A stretch of 64,000 bases of DNA. Origin: Macrostomum lignano (taxonomy: Eukaryota). Below the pieces are notes generated by a model, which worked only from the letters and a program-made list of their open reading frames with translations, searched no databases and was not told the DNA's origin. Both the position numbers and the translations under genes were made by a program. This document shows, one piece after another, positions 1 to 12,200 of this stretch. How positions within the stretch are numbered: position 1 is the first letter of the stretch; every line of letters starts with the position of its first letter. The stretch covers positions 372,001-436,000 of the forward strand of contig NIVC01000087.1 in the NCBI GenBank assembly GCA_002269645.1, in the 5' to 3' direction.

Positions 1-3000
1 TAAGTCGTCACTGTGTGACCTGAGAAGTGTGTGGTCTCATAAAGTGGTTCACAATGGTAAGTCGTCACTGTGTGACCTGAGAAGTGTGTGGTCTCATAAA
101 GTGGTTCACAATGGTAAGTCGTCACTGTGTGACCTGAGAAGTGTGTGGTCTCATAAAGTGGTTCACAATGGTAAGTCGTCACTGTGTGACCTGAGAAGTG
201 TGTGGTCTCATAAAGTGGTTCACAATGGTAAGTCGTCACTGTGTGACCTGAAAAGTGTGTGGTCTCATAAAGTGGTTTACAATGGTAAGTCGTCACTGTG
301 TGACCTGAGAAGTGTGTGGTCTCATAAAGTGGTTCACAATGGTAAGTCGTCACTGTGTGACCTGAGAAGTGTGTGGTCTCATAAAGTGGGTCACAATGGT
401 AGGTCACCACTGTGATCTGAGAGGTGACGTCTCATGAAGTGGGTCACAATGGTAGGTCGCTACTGTGTGACCTGAGAAGTGTGTGGTCTCATAAAGTGGG
501 TCACAATGGTAGGTCACCACTGTGATCTGAGAGGTGACGTCTCATAAAGTGGGTCACAATGGTAAGTCACCACTGTGTGACCTGAGAAGTGTGTGGTCTC
601 ATAAAGTGGTTCACAATGGTAAGTCACCACTCTGTGACCTGAGAAGTGTGTGGTCTCATAAAGTGGTTCACAATGGTAAGTCACCACTGTGTGACCTGAG
701 AAGTGTGTGGTCTCATAAAGTGGTTAACAATGGTAGGTCACCACTGTGACCTGAGAAGTGTGTGGTCTCATAAAGTGGTTCACAATGGTAAGTCACCACT
801 GTGTGACCAGAGAAGTGTGTGGTCTCATAAAGTGGTTCACAATGGTAGGTCGCTACTGTGTGACCTGAGAAGTGTGTGGTCTCATAACGTGGTTCACAAT
901 GGTAGGTCGCTACTGTGTGACCTGAGAAGTGTGTGGTCTCATAACGTGGTTCACAATGGTAGGTCGCTACTGTGTGACCTGAGAAGTGTGTGGTCTCATA
1001 AAGTGGTTCACAATGGTAGGTCGCTACTGTGTGACCTGAGAAGTGTGTGGTCTCATAAAGTGGTTCACAATGGTAGGTCGCTACTGTGTGACCTGAGAAG
1101 TGTGTGGTCTCATAAAGTGGTTCACAATGGTAGGTCGCTACTGTGTGACCTGAGAAGTGTGTGGTCTCATAACGTGGTTCACAATGGTAGGTCGCTACTG
1201 TGTGACCTGAGAAGTGTGTGGTCTCATAACGTGGTTCACAATGGTAGGTCGCTACTGTGTGACCTGAGAAGTGTGTGGTCTCATAAAGTGGTTCACAATG
1301 GTAAGTCGTCACTGTGTGACCTGAGAAGTGTGTGGTCTCATAAAGTGGTTCACAATGGTAAGTCGTCACTGTGTGACCTGAGAAGTGTGTGGTCTCATAA
1401 AGTGGTTCACAATGGTAGGTCGCTACTGTGTGACCTGAGAAGTGTGTGGTCTCATAAAGTGGGTCACAATGGTAAGTCGTCACTGTGTGACCTGAGAAGT
1501 GTGTGGTCTCATAACGTGGGTCACAATGGTAGGTCGCTACTGTGTGACCTGAGAAGTGTGTGGTCTCATAAAGTGGGTCACAATGGTAGGTCATCACTGT
1601 GATCTGAGAGGTGACGTCTCATGAAGTGGGTCACAATGGTAGGTCGCTACTGTGTGACCTGAGAAGTGTGTGGTCTCATAAAGTGGGTCACAATGGTAGG
1701 TCACCACTGTGATCTGAGAGGTGACGTCTCATAAAGTGGGTCACAATGGTAAGTCACCACTGTGTGACCTGAGAAGTGTGTGGTCTCATAAAGTGGTTCA
1801 CAATGGTAAGTCACCACTCTGTGACCTGAGAAGTGTGTGGTCTCATAAAGTGGTTCACAATGGTAAGTCACCACTGTGTGACCTGAGAAGTGTGTGGTCT
1901 CATAAAGTGGTTAACAATGGTAGGTCACCACTGTGACCTGAGAAGTGTGTGGTCTCATAAAGTGGTTCACAATGGTAAGTCACCACTGTGTGACCAGAGA
2001 AGTGTGTGGTCTCATAAAGTGGTTCACAATGGTAGGTCGCTACTGTGTGACCTGAGAAGTGTGTGGTCTCATAACGTGGTTCACAATGGTAGGTCGCTAC
2101 TGTGTGACCTGAGAAGTGTGTGGTCTCATAACGTGGTTCACAATGGTAGGTCGCTACTGTGTGACCTGAGAAGTGTGTGGTCTCATAAAGTGGTTCACAA
2201 TGGTAGGTCGCTACTGTGTGACCTGAGAAGTGTGTGGTCTCATAAAGTGGTTCACAATGGTAGGTCGCTACTGTGTGACCTGAGAAGTGTGTGGTCTCAT
2301 AAAGTGGTTCACAATGGTAGGTCGCTACTGTGTGACCTGAGAAGTGTGTGGTCTCATAACGTGGTTCACAATGGTAGGTCGCTACTGTGTGACCTGAGAA
2401 GTGTGTGGTCTCATAAAGTGGTTCACAATGGTAGGTCGCTACTGTGTGACCTGAGAAGTGTGTGGTCTCATAAAGTGGTTCACAATGGTAAGTCGTCACT
2501 GTGTGACCTGAGAAGTGTGTGGTCTCATAAAGTGGTTCACAATGGTAAGTCGTCACTGTGTGACCTGAGAAGTGTGTGGTCTCATAAAGTGGTTCACAAT
2601 GGTAGGTCGCTACTGTGTGACCTGAGAAGTGTGTGGTCTCATAAAGTGGGTCACAATGGTAAGTCGTCACTGTGTGACCTGAGAAGTGTGTGGTCTCATA
2701 ACGTGGGTCACAATGGTAGGTCGCTACTGTGTGACCTGAGAAGTGTGTGGTCTCATAAAGTGGGTCACAATGGTAGGTCATCACTGTGATCTGAGAGGTG
2801 ACGTCTCATAAAGTGGGTCACAATGGTAGGTCGCTACTGTGATCTGAGAGGTGACGTCTCATAAAGTGGGTCACAATGGTAAGTCGTCACTGTGTGACCT
2901 GAGAAGTGTGTGGTCTCATAAAGTGGTTCACAATGGTAAGTTGCCACTGTGTGACCAGAGAAGTGTGTGGTCTCATAAAGTGGTTCACAATGGTAAGTCG

Positions 3001-3171
3001 TCACTGTGTGACGTGAGAAGTGTGTGGTCTCATAAAGTGGTTCACAATGGTAAGTCACCACTGTGTGACCTGAGAAGTGTGTGGTCTCATAAAGTGGTTA
3101 ACAATGGTAGGTCGCTACTGTGTGACCTGAGAAGTGTGTGGTCTCATAAAGTGGGTCACAATGGTAGGTCG
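1..3171. repeat. 57-bp minisatellite array (intronic in RhoGEF), with a 1187-bp higher-order repeat
   Basis: Unit TGTGTGACCTGAGAAGTGTGTGGTCTCATAAAGTGGTTCACAATGGTAAGTCGTCAC. ORFs at 534/1721 and 703/1890 recur at an offset of 1187. Confidence 0.97.
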
Positions 3172-3230
3172 CAAGCTAGCAAAGAATTCTAAAGATAGAG
3201 CGCGGTGATTTCTACAGTGGCTATGCTCAC

Positions 3231-6200
3231 CTGCCCAATAGATCTGACCAGAATATCCCCTAGAGGCGCCAGCCGATCCTGCAGATCATTCAGTCTGGTG
3301 GAAATTCGTTCAACCTGAGCGTCAGTTGGCTGCTTAGTGAACAGTTCGGTCAGGCCTCGCACAGAGTCGGCCAGCTCCAGCCTGGGCAGGCCCAGCTCCG
3401 GGTCCGTGGCCTGCAAGCTGGCCTGCAAGTTGAGCGGCGCGTCCCGGTGCAGGTAAGTGGCATACAATGCGTAGGCGGTTCGCTTTGCCTGCTTGGGCGG
3501 GAATTCTCGCCGACGCCAGTCGTCCGCTATCCAATCGAATAGCTGCAGAAAATTTTATTATAGGGACCGGTTAATCATGCGCGTCTTTTACTACTAAGTA
3601 GTAAAGTAAGTAGCATGTTAAGATACTTGTCTTCTTCTCTTTAATATCTAACGCCACTTTGCCTCCCTATGAAAATCCCTAAATATCCTAAACCTCTTTG
3701 CCTCTGCATAAAAATCCCAAGATATCACAAACCAGTTTGAATTCCTATACTTTGCCTCTCTCTGAACACCCCAAATACCCCATCTACTATGCATAAATGG
3801 TTGCTACTGAATGAGAACACGGGTAACTAAAAGCATTTAAATAAAAAACTTACCACAAAATTTAACGGTTTATACCACTTGGCCTCTTTCTTAGCTAGCA
3901 ATGAGTGCAGAAACACTAGCATAGCCGGCTTGAACTGTTTCATACGGACATAGCCGGATAGGTAAGTCTTCAGTGTCTGTATGCGGTGAAGGTAAACGAG
4001 ATAGACAGTATTAATGATTAAACACTATATATAGAATAATTAAAGTAACAAAGATAGTATTTGCTCTAATCTGGTCTAGGCAGATAAGCAAAATTGAAAT
4101 AAAATATTATAAAAATGCCTGTATGAAATCAAAATGGCTGTTTTACGAGCCCTTTTGAGCTTTTGAGGGCTCGTAAATCTTTGATCAGGGGCCAGATACA
4201 GAGTTTAGCTCATGGCTGCGGACCAGATGGGAGAGGAGAAAAGGGAAGAGAAGATTAGAGATGAAAGAATAGAGAAGATTGGTCGGAAGAGGCGAGAGTG
4301 GAGAGAGGAGAGAATAGAATATATAAGATGAGAGAAAAGGTGGAAGATGAAAGGAGAGGCAGGAGAGAAGAGATGAGAGAGAGAACAGGGGAGAGAAGAG
4401 GGAAGAGAAGAGGGGAGAGACAAGAGAGAAGAAAGAGAAGAGAGAAGGGAGAGAAGAGGGGAGAGGGAAGAGGGGAAAGAATAGGGGAGAGATAAGTGGG
4501 GAGAGAGAAGAGGGGAGATAAGAGGGGAGAGAAGAGGGGAGAGAGAAAGAATAGGGAAGAGAGAAGGGGAGAGAAGAGGGGAGAGAAGAGGGGAGAGAGA
4601 CAAGAGGGAAGAAAGAGAAGAGAGAGAAGAAGAGAGAAGGGAAGAGAAGAGGGGAGAGAAGAGGGAAGAGAGAAGAGGGGAGAGAGAAGAGGGGAGAGAG
4701 AAGAGGGGAGAGAGAAGAGGGGAGAGAGAAGGGGAGAGAAGAGGGGAGAGAAGAGGGGAGAGAGACAAGAGGGAAGAAAGAGAAGAGAGAGAAGAAGAAA
4801 GAAGGGGAGAGAGAAGAGGGAAGAGAAGAGAGGGGAGAGAGAAAGAAGAGGGAAGAGAAGAGAGGGGGGAGAGAGAGAAGAGGGAAGAGAAGAGAGGGGG
4901 GAGAGAGAAGAGGGAAGAGAAGAGAGGGGGGAGAGAGAAGAGGGAAGGGAAGAGAGGGGGGAGAGAGAAGAGGGAAGAAGAGAGGGGAGAGAAGAGGGAA
5001 GAGAAGAGAGGGGGAGAGAGAGAAGAGGGAAGAGAAGAGAGGGGGAGAGAGAAGAGGGAAGAGAAGAGAGGGGGGAGAGAGAGAAGAGGGAAGAGAAGAG
5101 AGGGGGGAGAGAGAAGAGGGAAGAGAAGAGAGAGGGAGAGGGGAGAGGGAAGAGAAGAGAGGGGGGAGAGAGAGAAGAGGGAAGAGAAGAGAGGGGGGAG
5201 AGAGAAGAGGGAAGAGAAGAGAGGGGGAGAGAGAGAAGAGGGAAGAGAAGAGAGGGGGGAGAGAGAAGAGGGAAGGGAAGAGAGGGGGAGAGAGAAGAGG
5301 GAAGAAGAGAGGGGGGAGAGAGAGAAGAGGGAAGAGAAGAGAGGGGGGAGAGAGAAGAGGGAAGAGAAGAGAGGGGGGAGAGAGAAGAGGGAAGAAGAGA
5401 GGAGGGAGAGAGAGAAGAGGGAAGAGAAGAGAGGGGGGAGAGAGAAGAGGGAAGAGAGAGGGGGAGAGAGAAGAGGGAAGAAGAGAGGGGGAGAGAGAAG
5501 AGGGAAGAGAAGAGAGGGGGGAGAGAGAAGAGGGAAGAAGAGAGGGGGGAGAGAGAAGAGGGAAGAGAAGAGAGGGGGGAGAGAGAAGAGGGAAGAGAAG
5601 AGAGGGGGGAGAGGGGAGAGGGAAGAGAAGAGAGGGGGAGAGAGAGAGAAGAGGGAAGAGAAGAGAGGGGGAAGAGAGAAGAGGGAAGAGAAGAGAGGGG
5701 AGAGAAGAGGGAAGAGAAGAGAGGGGGGAGAGAGAGAAGAGGGAAGAGAAGAGAGGGGGGAGAGAGAGAAGAGGGAAGAGAAGAGAGGGGGGAGAGAGAG
5801 AAGAGGGAAGAGAAGAGAGGGGGAGAGAGAGAAGAGGGAAGAGAAGAGAGGGGGGAGAGAGAGAAGAGGGAAGAGAAGAGAGGGGGAGAGAGAGAAGAGG
5901 GAAGAGAAGAGAGGGGGGAGAGAGAGAAGAGGGAAGAGAAGAGAGGGGGAGAGAGAGAAGAGGGAAGAGAAGAGAGGGGGAGAGAGAGAAGAGGGAAGAG
6001 AAGAGAGGGGGAGAGAGAGAAGAGGGAAGAGAAGAGAGGGGGGAGAGAGAGAAGAGGGAAGAGAAGAGAGGGGGAGAGAGAGAAGAGGGAAGAGAAGAGA
6101 GGGGGAGAGAGAGAGAAGAGGAAGAGAAGAGAGGGGGAGAGAGAGAAGAGGGAAGAGAAGAGAGGGGGGAGAGAGAGAAGAGGAAGAGAGAGAGAAGAGG

Positions 6201-9200
6201 GAAGAGAGGACTAGCGGGCGGGAGTTTGCAGCCCTTGTGTTTGATGCAAAAAGCTTTCAATCGGAAAGCTTCATTATAAAGCGGAAATTTCAAAGACTCA
6301 AAAACGAAAAAAGAACAACTCGCCTCTAATGCTTTCTCCATACTCTGCGAGTCGGGCGTCTCTCTATTGAAGTTCGGATCGCACGACATGAACGAAGAAA
6401 TGTCAATGTCCGGCTCCTCTTCATCATCGTCGCACTCGTCAGACTGGGACGCTCGCAGCCCGGTCGGTTCTCGGGGAATTCGCTGCGATGTATAGAGATG
6501 AATTGTTCGAATACGAATTAGAAACCTATCATTAAGATAGTTTTTAGATAAAATTCAACCGCTTGAAACTCTCTGTATTTAAAAAACGCAGTAGTTAAAA
6601 GGTTTAAAATCTGATATAGAAGCAAGGCTGACATTGGGCCGGATAAAAAAGGCACCAGCCGCTAACACGGGCTGGTCCGGGCCTGTATAAAAGTTTACTA
6701 AAACTGACTGGGCTGTGCCTGCGCCGCACAGCTGCTCGCCTCCAATGACGGCCTCCGCTGCTACCGACGCTGTAGACAGAGGCCTGGGTCTGCAATTTCA
6801 TTGATTTTCCCTGACTATTGTTGGGGTGGTGGGCTAGAAGTGAGAATGACTGTATGTACATTGTGGGGTGGCGGGTTAGGAGTGAGGATGACTGTATGTA
6901 CATTGTGAGGTGGTGGGTTAGGAGTGAGGATGTCTGCGCGTGTACATTGTTGGGGTGGTGGGTTAGGAGTGATGATGACTGCGAGTGTACATTGTGGGGT
7001 GGGGGTTGGGAGCGAGGACGACTGCGAGTGTACATTGTAAGTGAGTGTACATTGTTGAGTGTACATTGACCAACATCGTCAATGTTGGTTAGGAGCGAGG
7101 GTTACTGCGAGTGTACATTGTGAGGTAGTTGGTTAGGAGCGAGGATGAATGCAAGTGTACATTGGTGGGGTTGTGGGTTAGAACCGAGGATGACTGTATG
7201 TACATTGTGGGGTGGTGGGTTAAGATTGAGGACGACTGTATGAGGTAGTAGGTTGCAGAAAAAATACCATAAAGAATCAACAACACGTCTTTTAACAAAA
7301 AAATACAAAAGGGTTAAACAGCAGCAACGGCCTTTTGTGAAAATACGTTGACTTGATTCACCTCTGAAAACACAGATAAACTAAAACACAAGATACGAGC
7401 TAGGTACTCAATAAAGTGTAGTTTTAATGGATATTACAATATATAATGCGTGAAAACTATTTTGCTTTACATGCACTCAATGCGACAGTCGGTGACCCAC
7501 AGTCAGCGAGGAGCAGGAGGGCAAAAACGCACCTTATCAGCGGAGGACGCTAGCGAGGCGGCGTCGTCAATGTCGACTGCTGCTGTCACCACTAGCGGCA
7601 TGGGAGACCGCGGCGTGGACACCGGGCTGCCCGTGTCGGTGGACATGCCCGGTTCGAAGTGCAGATCGATGCGAGTCGGAGTGGCCGAGCTGACAGCTGG
7701 AGCGCCGACCTGCAAGAGGTGATTTTGTGTTCTGAGTGTGCACAGAACCAGGCCCTGGCTACGGCGTACACCTGGGCTTGCAGACCGCTCTCTCAATACA
7801 CATATTTATAAGTTTTGCTACACTGGACCGGATGCTTCAAGTCCAATATAAATAATACACTAGATTTAAAGCAGCCGGCTGGCTATTTCAAACTTATACA
7901 AAACATTCTATCATACGATGTGGATGCTTCGAGTTAGCATTTATGAAGTTAACTATGCAGCATGCCAAGCAGGCAGTTTAATTACATACCGGGCAATACC
8001 CACTTCCAGCCCTTGAATATCCAGTTTAATATCCACTTCCAGCCCTTGAATATCCAGTTTAATATCCACTTCCAGCCTTTGAATATCCAGTTTAATATCC
8101 ACTTCCAGCCCTTGAATATACAGTTTAATATCCACTTCCAGCCCTTGAATATACAGTTTAATATCCACTTCCAGCCCTTGAATATACAGTTTAATTTCCA
8201 CTTCCAGCCCTTGAATATACAGTTTAATATCCACTTTCACCCACTGAATATCCAGTTTAATATCCACTTCCAGCCCTTGAATATCCAGTTTAATATCCAC
8301 TTCCAGCCCTTGAATATACAGTTTAATATCCACTTCCAGCCCTTGAATATACAGTTTAATATCCACTTCCAGCCCTTGAATATCCAGTTTAATATCCACT
8401 TCCAGCCCTTGAATATCCAGTTTAATATCCACTTCCAGCCCTTGAATATCCAGTTTAATATCCACTTCCAGCCCTTGAATATACAGTTTAATATCCACTT
8501 CCAGCCCTTGAATATCCAGTTTAATATCCACTTCCAGCCCTTGAATATACAGTCTAATATCCACTTTCACCCATTGAATATCCAGTTTAATATCCACTTC
8601 CAGCCCTTGAATATACATTTTAATATCCACTTCCAGCCCTTGAATATACAGTTTAATATCCAATTTCACCCATTGAAAATCTAGTTTAATATCCAATTTC
8701 AGCCATTGAATATCCAGTTTAATATCCACTTCCAGCCCTTGAATATCCAGTTTAATATCCACTTCCAGCCCTTGAATATCCAGTTTAATATCCACTTCCA
8801 GCCCTTGAATATCCAGTTTAATATCCACTTCCAGCCCTTAAATAAACAGTTTAATATCCAATTTCACCCATTGAATATCCAGTTTAATATCCACTTCCAG
8901 CCCTTGAATATCCAGTTTAATATCCACTTCCAGCCATTGAATATCCAGTTTAATATCCACTTCCAGCCCTTGAATATACAGTTTAATATCCACTTCCAGC
9001 CCTTGAATATACAGTTTAATATCCACTTCCAGCCCTTGAATATACAGTTTAATATCCACTTCCAGCCCTTGAATATACAGTTTAATATCCACTTTCACCC
9101 ACTGAATATCCAGTTTAATATCCACTTCCAGCCCTTGAATATCCAGTTTAATATCCACTTCCAGCCCTTGAATATACAGTTTAATATCCACTTCCAGCCC

Positions 9201-12200
9201 TTGAATATACAGTTTAATATCGACTTCCAGCCCTTGAATATCCAGTTTAATATCCACTTCCAGCCCTTGAATATCCAGTTTAATATCCACTTCCAGCCCT
9301 TGAATATCCAGTTTAATATCCACTTCCAGCCCTTGAATATACAGTTTAATATCCACTTCCAGCCCTTGAATATCCAGTTTAATATCCACTTCCAGCCCTT
9401 GAATATACAGTCTAATATCCACTTTCACCCATTGAATATCCAGTTTAATATCCACTTCCAGCCCTTGAATATACATTTTAATATCCACTTCCAGCCCTTG
9501 AATATACAGTTTAATATCCAATTTCACCCATTGAAAATCTAGTTTAATATCCAATTTCAGCCATTGAATATCCAGTTTAATATCCACTTCCAGCCCTTGA
9601 ATATCCAGTTTAATATCCACTTCCAGCCCTTGAATATCCAGTTTAATATCCACTTCCAGCCCTTGAATATCCAGTTTAATATCCACTTCCAGCCCTTAAA
9701 TAAACAGTTTAATATCCAATTTCACCCATTGAATATCCAGTTTAATATCCACTTCCAGCCCTTGAATATACAGTTTAATATCCACTTCCAGCCCTTGAAT
9801 ATACAGTTTAATATCCAATTTCACCCATTGAATATCTAGTTTAATATCCAATTTCACCCATTGAATATCCAGTTTAATATCCACTTCCAGCCCTTGAATA
9901 TACAGTTTAATATCCACTTCCAGCCCTTGAATATACAGTTTAATATCCACTTCCAGCCCTTGAATATACAGTTTAATATCCACTTCCAGCCCTTGAATAT
10001 ACAGTTTAATATCCACTTCCAGCCCTTGAATATCCAGTTCAATATCCACTTCCAGCCCTTGAATATACAGTTTAATATCCACTTCCAGCCCTTGAATATA
10101 CAGTTTAATATCCAATTTCACCCATTGAATATCTAGTTTAATATCCAATTTCACCCATTGAATATCCAGTTTAATATCCACTTCCAGCCCTTGAATATAC
10201 AGTTTAATATCCACTTCCAGCCCTTGAATATCCAGTTTAATATCCACTTCCAGCCCTTGAATATCCAGTTCAATATCCACTTCCAGCCCTTGAATATCCA
10301 GTTTAATATCCACTTCCAGCCCTTAAATAAACAGTTTAATATCCAATTTCACCCATTGAATATCCAGTTTAATATCCACTTCCAGCCCTTGAATATCCAG
10401 TTTAATATCCACTTCCAGCCATTGAATATCCAGTTTAATATCCACTTCCAGCCCTTGAATATACAGTTTAATATCCACTTCCAGCCCTTGAATATACAGT
10501 TTAATATCCACTTCCAGCCCTTGAATATACAGTTTAATATCCACTTCCAGCCCTTGAATATACAGTTTAATATCCACTTTCACCCACTGAATATCCAGTT
10601 TAATATCCACTTCCAGCCCTTGAATATCCAGTTTAATATCCACTTCCAGCCCTTGAATATACAGTTTAATATCCACTTCCAGCCCTTGAATATACAGTTT
10701 AATATCGACTTCCAGCCCTTGAATATCCAGTTTAATATCCACTTCCAGCCCTTGAATATCCAGTTTAATATCCACTTCCAGCCCTTGAATATCCAGTTTA
10801 ATATCCACTTCCAGCCCTTGAATATACAGTTTAATATCCACTTCCAGCCCTTGAATATCCAGTTTAATATCCACTTCCAGCCCTTGAATATACAGTCTAA
10901 TATCCACTTTCACCCATTGAATATCCAGTTTAATATCCACTTCCAGCCCTTGAATATACATTTTAATATCCACTTCCAGCCCTTGAATATACAGTTTAAT
11001 ATCCAATTTCACCCATTGAAAATCTAGTTTAATATCCAATTTCAGCCATTGAATATCCAGTTTAATATCCACTTCCAGCCCTTGAATATCCAGTTTAATA
11101 TCCACTTCCAGCCCTTGAATATCCAGTTTAATATCCACTTCCAGCCCTTGAATATCCAGTTTAATATCCACTTCCAGCCCTTAAATAAACAGTTTAATAT
11201 CCAATTTCACCCATTGAATATCCAGTTTAATATCCACTTCCAGCCCTTGAATATACAGTTTAATATCCACTTCCAGCCCTTGAATATACAGTTTAATATC
11301 CAATTTCACCCATTGAATATCTAGTTTAATATCCAATTTCACCCATTGAATATCCAGTTTAATATCCACTTCCAGCCCTTGAATATCCAGTTTAATATCC
11401 ACTTCAAGACCTTGAATATCCAGTTTAATATCCACTTCAAGACCTTGAATATCCAGTTTAATATCCACTTCAAGACCTTGAATATCCAGTTTAATATCCA
11501 CTTCCAGCCCTTGAATATCCAGTTTAATATCCACTTCAAGACCTTGAATGTTTAATTTCCAGTTTAATATCCACTTCCACCCATTGAATATCCAGTTTAA
11601 TATCCACTTCCACCCATTGAATATACAGTTTAATTTCCACTTCCACCCATTGAATATCCAGTTTAATATCCACTTCAAGACCTTGAATATCCAGTTTAAT
11701 ATCCACTTCCAGCCCTTGAATATCCAGTTTAATATCCACTTCCACCCATTGAATATCCAGTTTAATACCCACTTCCACCCATTGAATATCCAGTTTAATA
11801 TCCACTTCCAGCCCTTGAATATCCAGTTTAATATCCACTTCCAGCCCTTGAATATCCAGTTTAATATCCACTTCCAGCCCTTGAATATCCAGTTTAATAT
11901 CCACTTCCAGCCCTTGAATATCCAGTTCAATATCCACTTCCAGCCCTTGAATATACAGTTTAATATTTACTTTCACCCACTGAATATCTAGTTTAATATC
12001 CACTTCAAGACCTTGAATATCCAGTTTAATATCCACTTCCAGCCCTTGAATATACAGTCTAATATCCACTTTCACCCACTGAATATCCAGTTTAATATCC
12101 ACTTCCAGCCCTTGAATATCCAGTTTAATATCCACTTCCAGCCCTTGAATATACAGTCTAATATCCACTTCCAGCCATTGAATATCTAGTTTAATATCCA

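Noticed and set aside
1-3171. Long repetitive ORFs (LCDLRSVWSHKVVHNG / YHCEPLYETTHF) and a CRISPR-like appearance
   Set aside because: These come from a 57-bp (3n) tandem unit with no unique spacers and no cas genes. The region lies inside a RhoGEF intron of a eukaryotic genome.
4185-6389. 734-aa Leu/Ser/Pro ORF and 572-aa Arg/Glu/Gly ORF
   Set aside because: Both are translations of a polypurine tract, which cannot contain stop codons. Only 6482-6324 is a plausible exon.
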